A stretch of 62,597 nt of DNA, the filler included. It is 8 parts of 8 records of this genome, joined end to end, with 100 filler letters (N's around TTAATTAATTAA, not from the genome) between each part and the next. Parts side by side here need not be neighbours in the genome. Positions count along the whole stretch, not along the records: positions 21,968 to 31,049 come from SRR31147125_53422; 7 more parts are not named here. One strand, written 5' to 3'. Both the position numbers and the translations under genes were made by a program. The notes under the pieces were generated by a model. The model made no database searches and was not told the DNA's origin. It worked only from the letters and a program-made list of their open reading frames with translations. This document shows positions 22,058-31,149 of the stretch, piece after piece; position 1 is the stretch's first letter, and every line of letters starts with the position of its first letter.

Positions 22058-22960
22058 TTAATTTTTCTTTTTTCTTCCAGCCCCGGCAAGGGCAAGAAGG
22101 CCTGTGCCCAGGAGCAGGATTGCAGACGGAACAGGCACGGCTGATGCCCGGGCTTCTACGGCATCTACAAAAAAGGCCCGGCCGTTGTTCTGCCTTCCGG
22201 TCCATGGATCCACATAATAACCGCCGTCGCCCAGCTCGATTTTAATATACCTGGCCGCATCAAGGCCCACGGCTGCAAGATCGCCTCCGATGAGTTCGCA
22301 GTATTTGCCTACCCCGGAACCATAGTTGAAATCCGGATTCCCGTGCCATTCACCTTCGCCGTCCCTGCCGGTCCATCCGGAAACCTTTTTCCATTTGGTT
22401 TCGTCTCCGGTCATGGAAACAAAGCCTGTGACAGGATCCACTGTGCTGATTGTGGGATTATAGGATGCGTCTGCCACATAAATATTGACGGTTCCGCGTT
22501 CATCGGAAAAGGCCTGGTTAAAGCCGAACCCGAACCCATGGACCATAAAATCCATGCCGTCCCCATTAACAAAATCCTGGTCAAACCCAAGAACAAGACT
22601 GCCGCCGGCCGCAGCCCCGCCCCATCCCGAGGTCTCCTGGTTGGGGTTGCCCAGGAAATTGGCGTAATTGATTTTCCCCGGCTGGATCCCGGCCGGTCCT
22701 GACCAGTCCTGGTCAGGACCCTGGATGACATCGACATTCTGGTTGTGCTGGGTGCCGATTTTATCGGGTGCGCCGTCGCCGTTTCCATCCCCCCAGACAT
22801 CAACTATCTGGTCAGTTACATGGAAGTATCCTGCCCCTGCCTGGCTTGCATACAGGGAATTGGTAAAGACAGGATCCCCGTAGGTTGCGGCAGATGCGGC
22901 CATCCCGGTTACAGCGACCAATAATAAGGCGCTGATCCCTATTGCCGTTATTTTTTTCAT
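22058..22960 (-). CDS. PEP-CTERM-family (VPxP-CTERM) surface protein
   Basis: Signal peptide (MKKITAIG..ASAA); C-terminal VPVPSAILLLGTGLLALAGAGRKKKN. Confidence 0.9.
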   Translation of the reverse strand: MKKITAIGISALLLVAVTGMAASAATYGDPVFTNSLYASQAGAGYFHVTDQIVDVWGDGNGDGAPDKIGTQHNQNVDVIQGPDQDWSGPAGIQPGKINYANFLGNPNQETSGWGGAAAGGSLVLGFDQDFVNGDGMDFMVHGFGFGFNQAFSDERGTVNIYVADASYNPTISTVDPVTGFVSMTGDETKWKKVSGWTGRDGEGEWHGNPDFNYGSGVGKYCELIGGDLAAVGLDAARYIKIELGDGGYYVDPWTGRQNNGRAFFVDAVEARASAVPVPSAILLLGTGLLALAGAGRKKKN

Positions 22961-23125
22961 TGATTTGTCTCCTCTTATTATTAGGTGAAAAATATCCTTC
23001 GAAAGTAAGAAATAATTTTTTAAAATTAACAGCCCGATTAGAGTTGGGCGATTGCGCTTTTTATCTGCATAAAGCAGGAATTTTTCAAACGCTTTCGTTG
23101 TTTGTTAAACCAGCCTGACTTAAGC

Positions 23126-23153
23126 TGTATACTCTCATTGTTTTTTTTGTCAA
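23126..23153 (-). promoter_or_regulatory. Putative sigma70 promoter for 22058..22960
   Basis: TTGACA-16 nt-TATACA on the minus strand; the -10 element is imperfect. Confidence 0.45.
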
Positions 23154-23369
23154 CTACTTTTTTCGATATACAAAACTCATACACAAAAAAAAGCAGAGCC
23201 CTCGTATTAATTGATATGCCGGACAGTTAAGAACCAATATAACACTTACTATCTCAGCTTCATTGAATATAAATAAATTTATTTACCTTGAGACCTAATT
23301 GATAGCATCTAAAAAACTATTCAAATTTATTGCCTAACAAAAATAAACATTTTGTAGGAAATAAAATGT

Positions 23370-23398
23370 TTGACACGCCAAATTTTTGAGGGTATGCA
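23370..23398 (+). promoter_or_regulatory. Putative sigma70 promoter for the riboswitch-led operon
   Basis: TTGACA-17 nt-TATGCA just upstream of the riboswitch. Confidence 0.55.
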
Positions 23399-23408
23399 TT
23401 TACTCAGC

Positions 23409-23490
23409 AGAAGTGAAAAAGCCAAAGTCATTGTGAGGTGACGGCGGAAAGCCACGGGTCTTGGAGGCAAGACAGCCGGGTTACCCTTCT
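23409..23490 (+). ncRNA. c-di-GMP-I (GEMM) riboswitch
   Basis: GCCAAAGTCATT-GTGA-GGTGACGGCGGAAAGCCACGGGTCTTG..CAAGACAGCCGGGTTACC with P1 AGAAG/CTTCT matches the GEMM consensus; lies in a 5' UTR. Confidence 0.9.
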
Positions 23491-23523
23491 TGGATTTAAT
23501 TATTGAAGACAAGAGGAACCCCA

Positions 23524-24081
23524 ATGAAAAAACAGATTTACACGGCTCTTTTATCACTGATATTCATCCTAACGGCCGGCGGAGCCCAGGCCGCACTGAC
23601 CACCCAGCATTTTTCAGGCCAAATTTTATTCGCAGCAAACGAAAACCCCTTCGGCGTCGCCGAAAACGATTCGTTTTCATGGACCACCACCTATGACCTC
23701 AAAGACCTGGACATGGGCGATATTGTCATCGGCAACAGCGGAGACTACAAACTGAGGGTAAGCATCGGAGCCAGGGAATTCATCGAAACAGAAGATGTTT
23801 TTTACGGCCCAGGCCCCTTTGGCGCCCCCATTCTCAGCTTTAACGATAATCACCAGGTTGCAGGCATTTCCATGACCATTGACGATATGGCAAAGGGATA
23901 CCGGTTCAAGGCTTTTGAGGATTCCTTCAATATCTTTGCATTGAACGGCACCCTGGACGGGGACAGGCTTGTATCCGGCAGATTATCCTTTGAGGCGGCC
24001 CCCGTACCGGTGCCGGGAGCGGCATGGCTATTGGGCTCAGGTCTTGTGGGCCTTATAGGGCTGCGGTCCAGAAGAGCCTAA
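23524..24081 (+). CDS. VPxP-CTERM surface protein
   Basis: GAGG ribosome-binding site, signal peptide (..AQAA), C-terminal PVPVPGAAWLLGSGLVGLIGLRSRRA. Confidence 0.9.
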   Translation: MKKQIYTALLSLIFILTAGGAQAALTTQHFSGQILFAANENPFGVAENDSFSWTTTYDLKDLDMGDIVIGNSGDYKLRVSIGAREFIETEDVFYGPGPFGAPILSFNDNHQVAGISMTIDDMAKGYRFKAFEDSFNIFALNGTLDGDRLVSGRLSFEAAPVPVPGAAWLLGSGLVGLIGLRSRRA

Positions 24082-24115
24082 TGGGTTCGAACATCTTAAA
24101 TCACAGGAGGAAATT

Positions 24116-27100
24116 GTGACCGGAAAACGATTGACCGCAGGCATCGCCCTTTTAGCGGCGCTGTGCATGGCACCGCCAACGGCCTTGGCCCTGACGGCAA
24201 AAGACCTTAAAAACCGCCCTGTAACGGATATTGCCACAGGCCCGGCCTATGTGGACGGCAATGTCCTGGTCCTTATGAAACAAGGGGGATCTGCCGCACG
24301 GCTGCAGTCCGACCTTGACGCCCTTTCAACGCCAAGGGGATATGCCCTGAAAACATTCAGGGCGGACCGGGATAAAAAGGTGGTGATCGTAAAATCCCCC
24401 GGGGTTGATACGAGAAAGCTCATGGCGGCCCTCAAGAAAAACCCGGCCGTAAAATCGGTCTCTCCCGACTATATCATCGACATCAATTCCCTGCCCGACG
24501 ACCCGGCCTTTGACCGGCTCTGGGCCCTGGACAACCAGGGACAGGCGGTCAATGAAATCACAGGAAGTGCGGATGCCGATATTGACGCCCCTGAAGCGTG
24601 GGAGGGGATGGCCGGAGACGAGCCCATGGTTGTTGCGGCGGTGATTGATACGGGAATTGATTACGGCCACGGGGACCTGGCCCCCAATATGTGGACCAAC
24701 GGGCCCGAGCTGAACGGCGAGCCCGGTGTGGACGACGACAACAACGGGTATGTGGACGATATCTACGGCATCGACACGGCCAATAAGGACGGCGACCCCT
24801 ATGACGACAACAAGCACGGCACCCATGTGGCCGGCACCATCGCCGGTGTGGCCGACAATGGTGCCGGCATCACCGGGGTCTCACGGAATACGGCCAAGGT
24901 CATGGCGTTGAAATTCCTTGCCGCCAACGGCAGGGGGGCCACATCCGACGCCATTGAGTGCATCTATTATATCATTGATATGAACAAGCGGCCTGAAAAC
25001 GACATCGTTGTCATCAATGCCTCCTGGGGCAGCCTGTCCACAACGGATGCCATGGAAGCGGCCATTGAAGACGCCTATAAGGCAGGTATCGTTTTGTCTG
25101 CGGCAGCTGGCAACGACGCCATGGACTGCGAAGGGCACAGCAAGCATTACCCGTCCAGCGTGGACAAGCCAAACGTGATTTCCGTGGCTGCCAGCGACCA
25201 GAACGACAACCTGGCCGATTTTTCCAATTACGGAGCATCCGAGGCCGATATTGCCGCCCCGGGGGTCAATATTTTAAGTGCCGTTCCCGGCGGTGGATAC
25301 GTCCCTGCCTATACGGATATCTTTTTTGACGGTATGGAAGATGGAAAAGGCCTATGGGACATGGAAAAATCCGTGGGGATCTGGGATATCACCACGGAAA
25401 AGGCATATCAGAAAGACAAAGCCTGGTCCGACAGCCCCAATGCAGATTATGAACAGGGCCCCTGGGGGGTTCCCCGGCATTACGCCCTGGTGAGCAAGCC
25501 CATTGACCTTTCAGGGGCGACCAACCCCCTCATGCTGGGATTCTGGCTCTACAAGGACCTGAATCCCAAAACAGCGGCCTGCGGCAAAAAAGACGAACTT
25601 TTGGTGGAAGTATCCGGAGACGACGGCGCCACATGGGAAATCCTTTGTTCGTTTGCAAAATCAGACCCGGCTTGGAAGGTCTATTCCTATTTGATTCCCC
25701 ACACCCTGTATACGGATAAGTTCCGGGTCAGATTCCATATGGTGATTGTCCCCACCGGCGAGGCCGACGGGATCTACCTGGATAATATCGGCATCGGCGA
25801 AGCCAATGCCCTGGGGGCCTTTCAATACCTTAAGGGCACCTCCATGGCGGCCCCCCATGTATCCGGGGCCGTCTGTCTGGCAGCCGCCATGTACCCCAAT
25901 GAAACGGCGGACAAACGGATCAGCCGGATTCTGGCCGGGGCTGACGTGCTTCCCGCCCTCAAGGGGGTGGTATCCACCGATGCCAGGCTCAACCTGGCCG
26001 GCGCAACAGATCTGCTTGCCCCGGATATGCCGGTGATTACTGGATTTGAGAAAATCAGCGGCAGGAAACTCAATATCAAGGGCCATTTTTTCAAGGACAG
26101 CCCTGGCAAGGTATGGTTCCACGATGCCATAGATTCGGAGCATGGTGTGGCCGGAGAAATCCTTTCCTGGAGCGACACCCGGATCAATGTCAACAAGCCG
26201 CCCTTTTCCGGGGGCTATTTCCAGATCATTGATGCTAACGGGGTCAAATCCACAAGAAAGCAGTTCAAGTTGAGCCTCTGGGGCAAAAAAAGCAATTCGG
26301 ACACCAAACGGGACTCTCTGACGGCACAGTACATTGACGGCACCATTTATACCTTCGGCGGTTTCGCAGGGGGGAACAACTCCCTGAGAAGCTGGGAAAT
26401 CTATGATGTGGCAAATGATACATGGGAATACCAGTACGGGAAATGGATGCCCTATTTTGCCTCCCACATGACTTCGGCCATTCTCGGCGGAAAAATTTAC
26501 CTCATGGGCGGGTATGACTCCCACGGAGACGGGATCACCCTGGACAAGGTGACCCTGTTTGACCCGGAGACCAAAGCCTTTGAAGCCAAAGAGCCCTATC
26601 CTGTTCCGGCCTGCTTTATGAGGGCCGCAGCCGTCGGGGACAAGATCTATGTCACAGGCGGTCTGGACGTCAATGACATGCCCATGAACAAGATCATGAC
26701 CTATGATCCCCAACGGCCGGCAGGACAGCGCTGGGCAACCCTTGGCACCCGGATGTCCTGTGCCCGCGCCGCCCACGGCGCCGTGGCCCTGGGGCAAAAG
26801 CTCTATATCTTCGGCGGTGTTGATTCCTTGGAAGATGAAAACATCTACCTGAAATCAGGGGAAATCCTTGATACGGCCACCGGCACCATGACCCCCATGG
26901 CCCCCATGCCCGTCAGCCTCGCCAGGTTCGGCGCCTGCACCGACGGCCGGTATATCTATGCCGTGGGCGGGACAAACAATGCCTTCTGGCGCACCCCAAA
27001 GGATATTGTGCTCAGGTACGATCCTATCAAGAATGAGTGGACCTCCCTTCCCGACAGGCTGCTTGCCGTCCCGAAACTGGCCTCTCCTGCCCTCTTCATC

Positions 27101-27496
27101 CCGGGGAAGGGGATCTACAGCCTCAACGGCGGCTTCATCAATACTGAAAACCCGCCCGGCATGATGGGCTATCCCTTTGAATCCACGGACCGCACCGCCG
27201 TCCTCGGCATGGACATGATCACGGACGCTGACGGCGACGCCATTCCCGACGGGGAGGACAATTGCCGGCTCACCCCGAACGGGGCACAACTGGACGCCGA
27301 TGGAGACGGATACGGAAACCTTTGCGACTGCGATTTGAACAATGACAATCGCGTGGACCGCGGGGATTTCAAAACATTCCGTTCCCTGTGGGGTTCCACC
27401 CGGGCCATTGCCGATTTCAACCTTGACGGCAAGGTAGACCGGGCCGATTACAAGATTTTCAGAAGCAGATGGGGAAGCCGGGCGCCCTTTGAATAA
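24116..27496 (+). CDS. Secreted S8 subtilase with inserted beta-sandwich, Kelch propeller, TSP3 and dockerin-like C-terminus
   Basis: Catalytic motifs AVIDTG, HGTHVAGT, AAAGN, GTSMAAPHV; Kelch GG repeats (IYTFGG, IYLMGG, IYVTGG, LYIFGG, IYAVGG, IYSLNGG); DADGDAIPDGEDNC; paired DxNxDxxVDxxD repeats. Confidence 0.9.
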   Translation: MTGKRLTAGIALLAALCMAPPTALALTAKDLKNRPVTDIATGPAYVDGNVLVLMKQGGSAARLQSDLDALSTPRGYALKTFRADRDKKVVIVKSPGVDTRKLMAALKKNPAVKSVSPDYIIDINSLPDDPAFDRLWALDNQGQAVNEITGSADADIDAPEAWEGMAGDEPMVVAAVIDTGIDYGHGDLAPNMWTNGPELNGEPGVDDDNNGYVDDIYGIDTANKDGDPYDDNKHGTHVAGTIAGVADNGAGITGVSRNTAKVMALKFLAANGRGATSDAIECIYYIIDMNKRPENDIVVINASWGSLSTTDAMEAAIEDAYKAGIVLSAAAGNDAMDCEGHSKHYPSSVDKPNVISVAASDQNDNLADFSNYGASEADIAAPGVNILSAVPGGGYVPAYTDIFFDGMEDGKGLWDMEKSVGIWDITTEKAYQKDKAWSDSPNADYEQGPWGVPRHYALVSKPIDLSGATNPLMLGFWLYKDLNPKTAACGKKDELLVEVSGDDGATWEILCSFAKSDPAWKVYSYLIPHTLYTDKFRVRFHMVIVPTGEADGIYLDNIGIGEANALGAFQYLKGTSMAAPHVSGAVCLAAAMYPNETADKRISRILAGADVLPALKGVVSTDARLNLAGATDLLAPDMPVITGFEKISGRKLNIKGHFFKDSPGKVWFHDAIDSEHGVAGEILSWSDTRINVNKPPFSGGYFQIIDANGVKSTRKQFKLSLWGKKSNSDTKRDSLTAQYIDGTIYTFGGFAGGNNSLRSWEIYDVANDTWEYQYGKWMPYFASHMTSAILGGKIYLMGGYDSHGDGITLDKVTLFDPETKAFEAKEPYPVPACFMRAAAVGDKIYVTGGLDVNDMPMNKIMTYDPQRPAGQRWATLGTRMSCARAAHGAVALGQKLYIFGGVDSLEDENIYLKSGEILDTATGTMTPMAPMPVSLARFGACTDGRYIYAVGGTNNAFWRTPKDIVLRYDPIKNEWTSLPDRLLAVPKLASPALFIPGKGIYSLNGGFINTENPPGMMGYPFESTDRTAVLGMDMITDADGDAIPDGEDNCRLTPNGAQLDADGDGYGNLCDCDLNNDNRVDRGDFKTFRSLWGSTRAIADFNLDGKVDRADYKIFRSRWGSRAPFE

Positions 27497-27504
27497 CCCT
27501 TATA

Positions 27505-27539
27505 CCGGGGGCGGTGCTCGCCCTGCCCCCGGTTTTTTT
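27505..27539 (+). terminator. Intrinsic terminator
   Basis: CCGGGGGCGG..CTGCCCCCGG followed by a T-run. Confidence 0.75.
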
Positions 27540-27585
27540 AATCCCAACAGTTTGGATAAACCAACTTCATGAGGTAAAAAAAACA

Positions 27586-28203
27586 ATGAAGAAACTATTA
27601 ATCTTAATACTGGCCCTTAGCCTGGGAGCTGCCGCAACCGCCGGCGCCGTGCCCATATTCACGGAAACCTTTGATTCCGGCCTGAACGGCTGGACCGTAA
27701 ACAATAATAATAGTGATGATTATACCTGGGAGCACAATAAAAACGGGTCCTGGAATTTTACAGGGGGATCCGGCGGGTTCGCCCTGGCCGATTCCTATAT
27801 GAGCTGGGCTGACAACTGGTACGACACCCTGGTCAGCCCTATCATTGATCTGGCAGGAGCCGCCTCGGTTACCGTGGGCGCGGCCATCAGCTATGAGCAC
27901 GATATTGAGGGCGGATATGCGGATATCTCCTATTCCCTGGACCAGGGCGCCACCTGGAGGTCTATTGAAGAGTGGTCTGCCACCTTCCAGGGAAAAAAAT
28001 CCTGGGATCTTGTTCTTGATACCGGTGCGCAAACCCTTCAGCTGGCATTTGAATATTATCTGCCTGAATGGTCCAATTATTCCTTCCAGGTGGATGATGT
28101 CACGATCAGCGACAATGGGTCTCCCGTACCCGTACCCGGCGCCTTCTGGTTGCTGGGCACCGGTCTGGCTTGTCTGGCCGGCCTGAGAAGAAAGCAAGGA
28201 TGA
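27586..28203 (+). CDS. VPxP-CTERM protein with a cleaved-adhesin/choice-of-anchor-J-like domain
   Basis: GAGG ribosome-binding site, signal peptide, FTETFD..W, LVSPIIDL, SLDQGATW, VDDVTI; VPVPGAFWLLGTGL..RRK. Confidence 0.88.
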   Translation: MKKLLILILALSLGAAATAGAVPIFTETFDSGLNGWTVNNNNSDDYTWEHNKNGSWNFTGGSGGFALADSYMSWADNWYDTLVSPIIDLAGAASVTVGAAISYEHDIEGGYADISYSLDQGATWRSIEEWSATFQGKKSWDLVLDTGAQTLQLAFEYYLPEWSNYSFQVDDVTISDNGSPVPVPGAFWLLGTGLACLAGLRRKQG

Positions 28204-28274
28204 ATTTACAGATACCCGGGCTCCGGAACCTTCCTGGGCCCGGGGGACAATTGGATAAGGAGTAAGACTCACCA

Positions 28275-28843
28275 ATGAAACGGCTCATTTTATTTTTATT
28301 TTTTCTTTTTTCCTGTCGGGCCCAGTGCCGGCAGCCTTTGGCGGATATGCCGAAACCAACCGGAACAATACCATCGACTGGTACAATATCATCGACGGGG
28401 TCCATGAATACGAGTACAGAAACGTATCTTCCAAAAACCATGTTCCCTTTGAATTCAATTTTAACGGATTTGCGGCCCAAGAGGGTAAAAACTATGAAAT
28501 GACCCTGCGCCATGCCGGGAACAGGGATGACCGAAGGGAGAAATGGATCCTCTATATTGAGGGCGATGCCGCCAGGTTCACGCTGGATGACCTTGTTTAT
28601 TCCAATGCCTATTCCGGATACGGATCCAATATCGAATATATCTGGGTGGACCAGGTTTTTTCCGTTACCGAAGCGGATATTGCCCAGGCCGGTGCCAATT
28701 GGAATTTTGTTCTGGAACCGGGCACCAAAAGATACAGCGTGCTCCAGATCGACACGGCCCAAATCGCCTCCGTACCCGTACCCGGTGCTTTATTGCTCCT
28801 GGGATCCGGGCTTGCCGCCCTGGCGGGATTCAGAAGAAAATAA
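28275..28843 (+). CDS. VPxP-CTERM protein with a frameshift in the T-runs of its signal peptide
   Basis: MKRLILFLFF start joins the ORF that ends in VPVPGALLLLGSGLAALAGFRRK. Confidence 0.8.
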
Positions 28844-28876
28844 TAAACACCGCTTTAACTTTAAGGAAAATAAACC

Positions 28877-29521
28877 ATGAAATTGATCATCTCTATTACC
28901 ACCGCATTTTTACTGGCTTTGGGCATGAATGGCGCCCACGCCGCCACCGCCGTATTTGAAGGCAAGATTACCCAGGAAAGCTATGATGCATTCGACACCT
29001 CCAAAAGCCGGGTCTCCGTTGATTATTGGCAGTTCAGCGTGGCCGCTCCGGGCGATGTGACCATTGATGTCCTCTCCTGGGAAAAGGATCCAAACAATTG
29101 GTCCTGGCGGGACGTCAACCAGGACGGGGAGGAATCCTTTATCGATTCCTCCATCCATGTATTCAAAAGCGGTCTTGGTGTGGACAATCTATTTGCCTCC
29201 AATGACGACGGCGGTAAAAAAGGCCGGGACGACGGGAGCATCCGGGGCAATGATTCATTTATTTCAACCCACTTTGAGGCAGGAGACTATATCATCGCCA
29301 TATCCAGCTGCGGCTATGCGCCCTATTTTTCCGCCCTTGAAGCCGTCAACGGCATGAATGATAAGGCCATTATCCCCTATGCCTCAGGCGAAGGCGCCCA
29401 CGGCGACTATCGGATCACCGTGTCCGGCAATCTGGCCGCCGTACCCGTACCCGGGGCATTCTGGCTGCTGGGGACAGGGCTTTTGGGATTTGCAGGATTG
29501 AATCGGAAACTTCGGGACTGA
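28877..29521 (+). CDS. VPxP-CTERM protein with a DVUA0089/PPC-like domain
   Basis: Signal peptide; VDYWQF..VTIDVLSWE..ASNDDG..DSFI..AGDYIIAIS; VPVPGAFWLLGTGL..RK. Confidence 0.85.
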   Translation: MKLIISITTAFLLALGMNGAHAATAVFEGKITQESYDAFDTSKSRVSVDYWQFSVAAPGDVTIDVLSWEKDPNNWSWRDVNQDGEESFIDSSIHVFKSGLGVDNLFASNDDGGKKGRDDGSIRGNDSFISTHFEAGDYIIAISSCGYAPYFSALEAVNGMNDKAIIPYASGEGAHGDYRITVSGNLAAVPVPGAFWLLGTGLLGFAGLNRKLRD

Positions 29522-29542
29522 TCAGGGAATCCACACAGGAAA

Positions 29543-31049
29543 ATGAAAATGAAAGAGAATGATACTGATCAGGTCCGGCCGGACAAAATCGCCTTCGGCA
29601 CAGCCGGAGGGGTTGCCTACAGGACCCTGATCGCCGCAATGGCCGCCGCCCTGATTATTTCAGGATCAGCCGGGGCCGGCCAGACTAAAAAAACCGGGCC
29701 GGCCGAGGATCTGAAAGCCGATGAAACCACCTATATCCTCTCCGTGGAAAATACCATGGGAAGATCGGCATTGAGCCGGGCCCTGGGTGCTGAAAAAAAC
29801 CTGGGGACCCGGCGGTTTAAAACCCTGTCCCAATTCACGGGCAGGCACTATTACCTCATGAAAAAAGACCCGGAAACCCGGGGGCTTGAAAATTTGGACG
29901 CAGGGCATCCCGGCATCAGGGTTTTTCCCAATGTTTACAGGCGTCTTGAAAACACCCTGCCCGATGATGGGGAATTTGGGGCCCAATGGTGCCATTCCAA
30001 CCCTGAAAGCCCGGGGACCGATATGGCCTCGGACACGGCCTGGGACATTACCACGGGCTCAAAAGAGGCGGTTGTGGCGGTCCTGGATTCAGGCGTGGAT
30101 TACACCCACCCCGACCTTGCCCCCAATATATGGAAAAACAGAAACGAAATCCCGGACAATAAAATTGATGATGACGGAAACGGGTATGTAGACGATATCT
30201 TTGGCATCGATACCGGGGACAATGACAGCGACCCCATGGATTATGACGGCCACGGCACCCATTGCGCCGGCATCATCGGGGCTGTGGGTGACAACAACAT
30301 TGGGGTGGCAGGGGTCAACTGGGACTGCAGTATCATGGCCGTTAAAGGCTTTGAAGAGGCAAGCGATCTCATGTCCACGGCCATGGAGCTTGAAGCCATT
30401 GACTACCTGCTCTATATGAAAACCTATGAAAATGTCAATCTTGTGGCGGTGAATGCATCTTTCGGGTACAGGGGAAAGCCCGACACCCTGGAGCAGGAGG
30501 CCATTGAAGCCCTGGGGCGGGCAGGCATCCTCTTTATGGCCGCGGCCGGGAACAAGTCCAGAAACAATGACCTGGGCGGGGATGTTTCCCACTACCCCAG
30601 TTCCTACCCCCTGGACAATATCATTGCTGTGGCCGCAACGGACCGGGAAGGGAAACTGGCATGGTTTTCAAATTTCGGCCATAAACGTGTGGATATCGCC
30701 GCCCCGGGCCAGGACATCCTCAGTACGGTCCAGCACAGTATTTCCTATGAACCGGACCGGGATACGGCCCTGTTTTACGACGACCTGGAAACAGGTGAGG
30801 CCAATTTCACCATGGAAGGCACCTGGGCCGTGACCCGGGAGAATTCCATCAGCCCCTTTTACGCCCTGTCGGACAGCCCTGAGGGACGGTACGGGGCGGA
30901 TACGGACGATGCCGTCACCAGCCGCGCCATTGATCTGTCCGGGACGAACACCGAACTGGCCCTGGGTTTTTATGCCCTCCACGATATTGAAGAAGCGGGC
31001 ACGGCCTTTTTCGATGCCCTTGAAACCTGGTTTCTGGCGCCAGGCACCC
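29543..31049 (+). CDS. Second secreted S8 subtilase, 3' partial
   Basis: AVLDSGVDY, HGTHCAGII, AAAGN, FSNFG..VDIAAPG; same inserted domain begins; cut by the contig end. Confidence 0.9.
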
Positions 31050-31149
31050 NNNNNNNNNNNNNNNNNNNNNNNNNNNNNNNNNNNNNNNNNNNNTTAATTA
31101 ATTAANNNNNNNNNNNNNNNNNNNNNNNNNNNNNNNNNNNNNNNNNNNN
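31050..31149. other. Artificial contig spacer
   Basis: N-run with TTAATTAATTAA. Confidence 0.99.

Noticed and set aside
23409-23490. 3',3'-cGAMP (GEMM-Ib) riboswitch
   Set aside because: The discriminating position appears to be G rather than A, so c-di-GMP is the better call.
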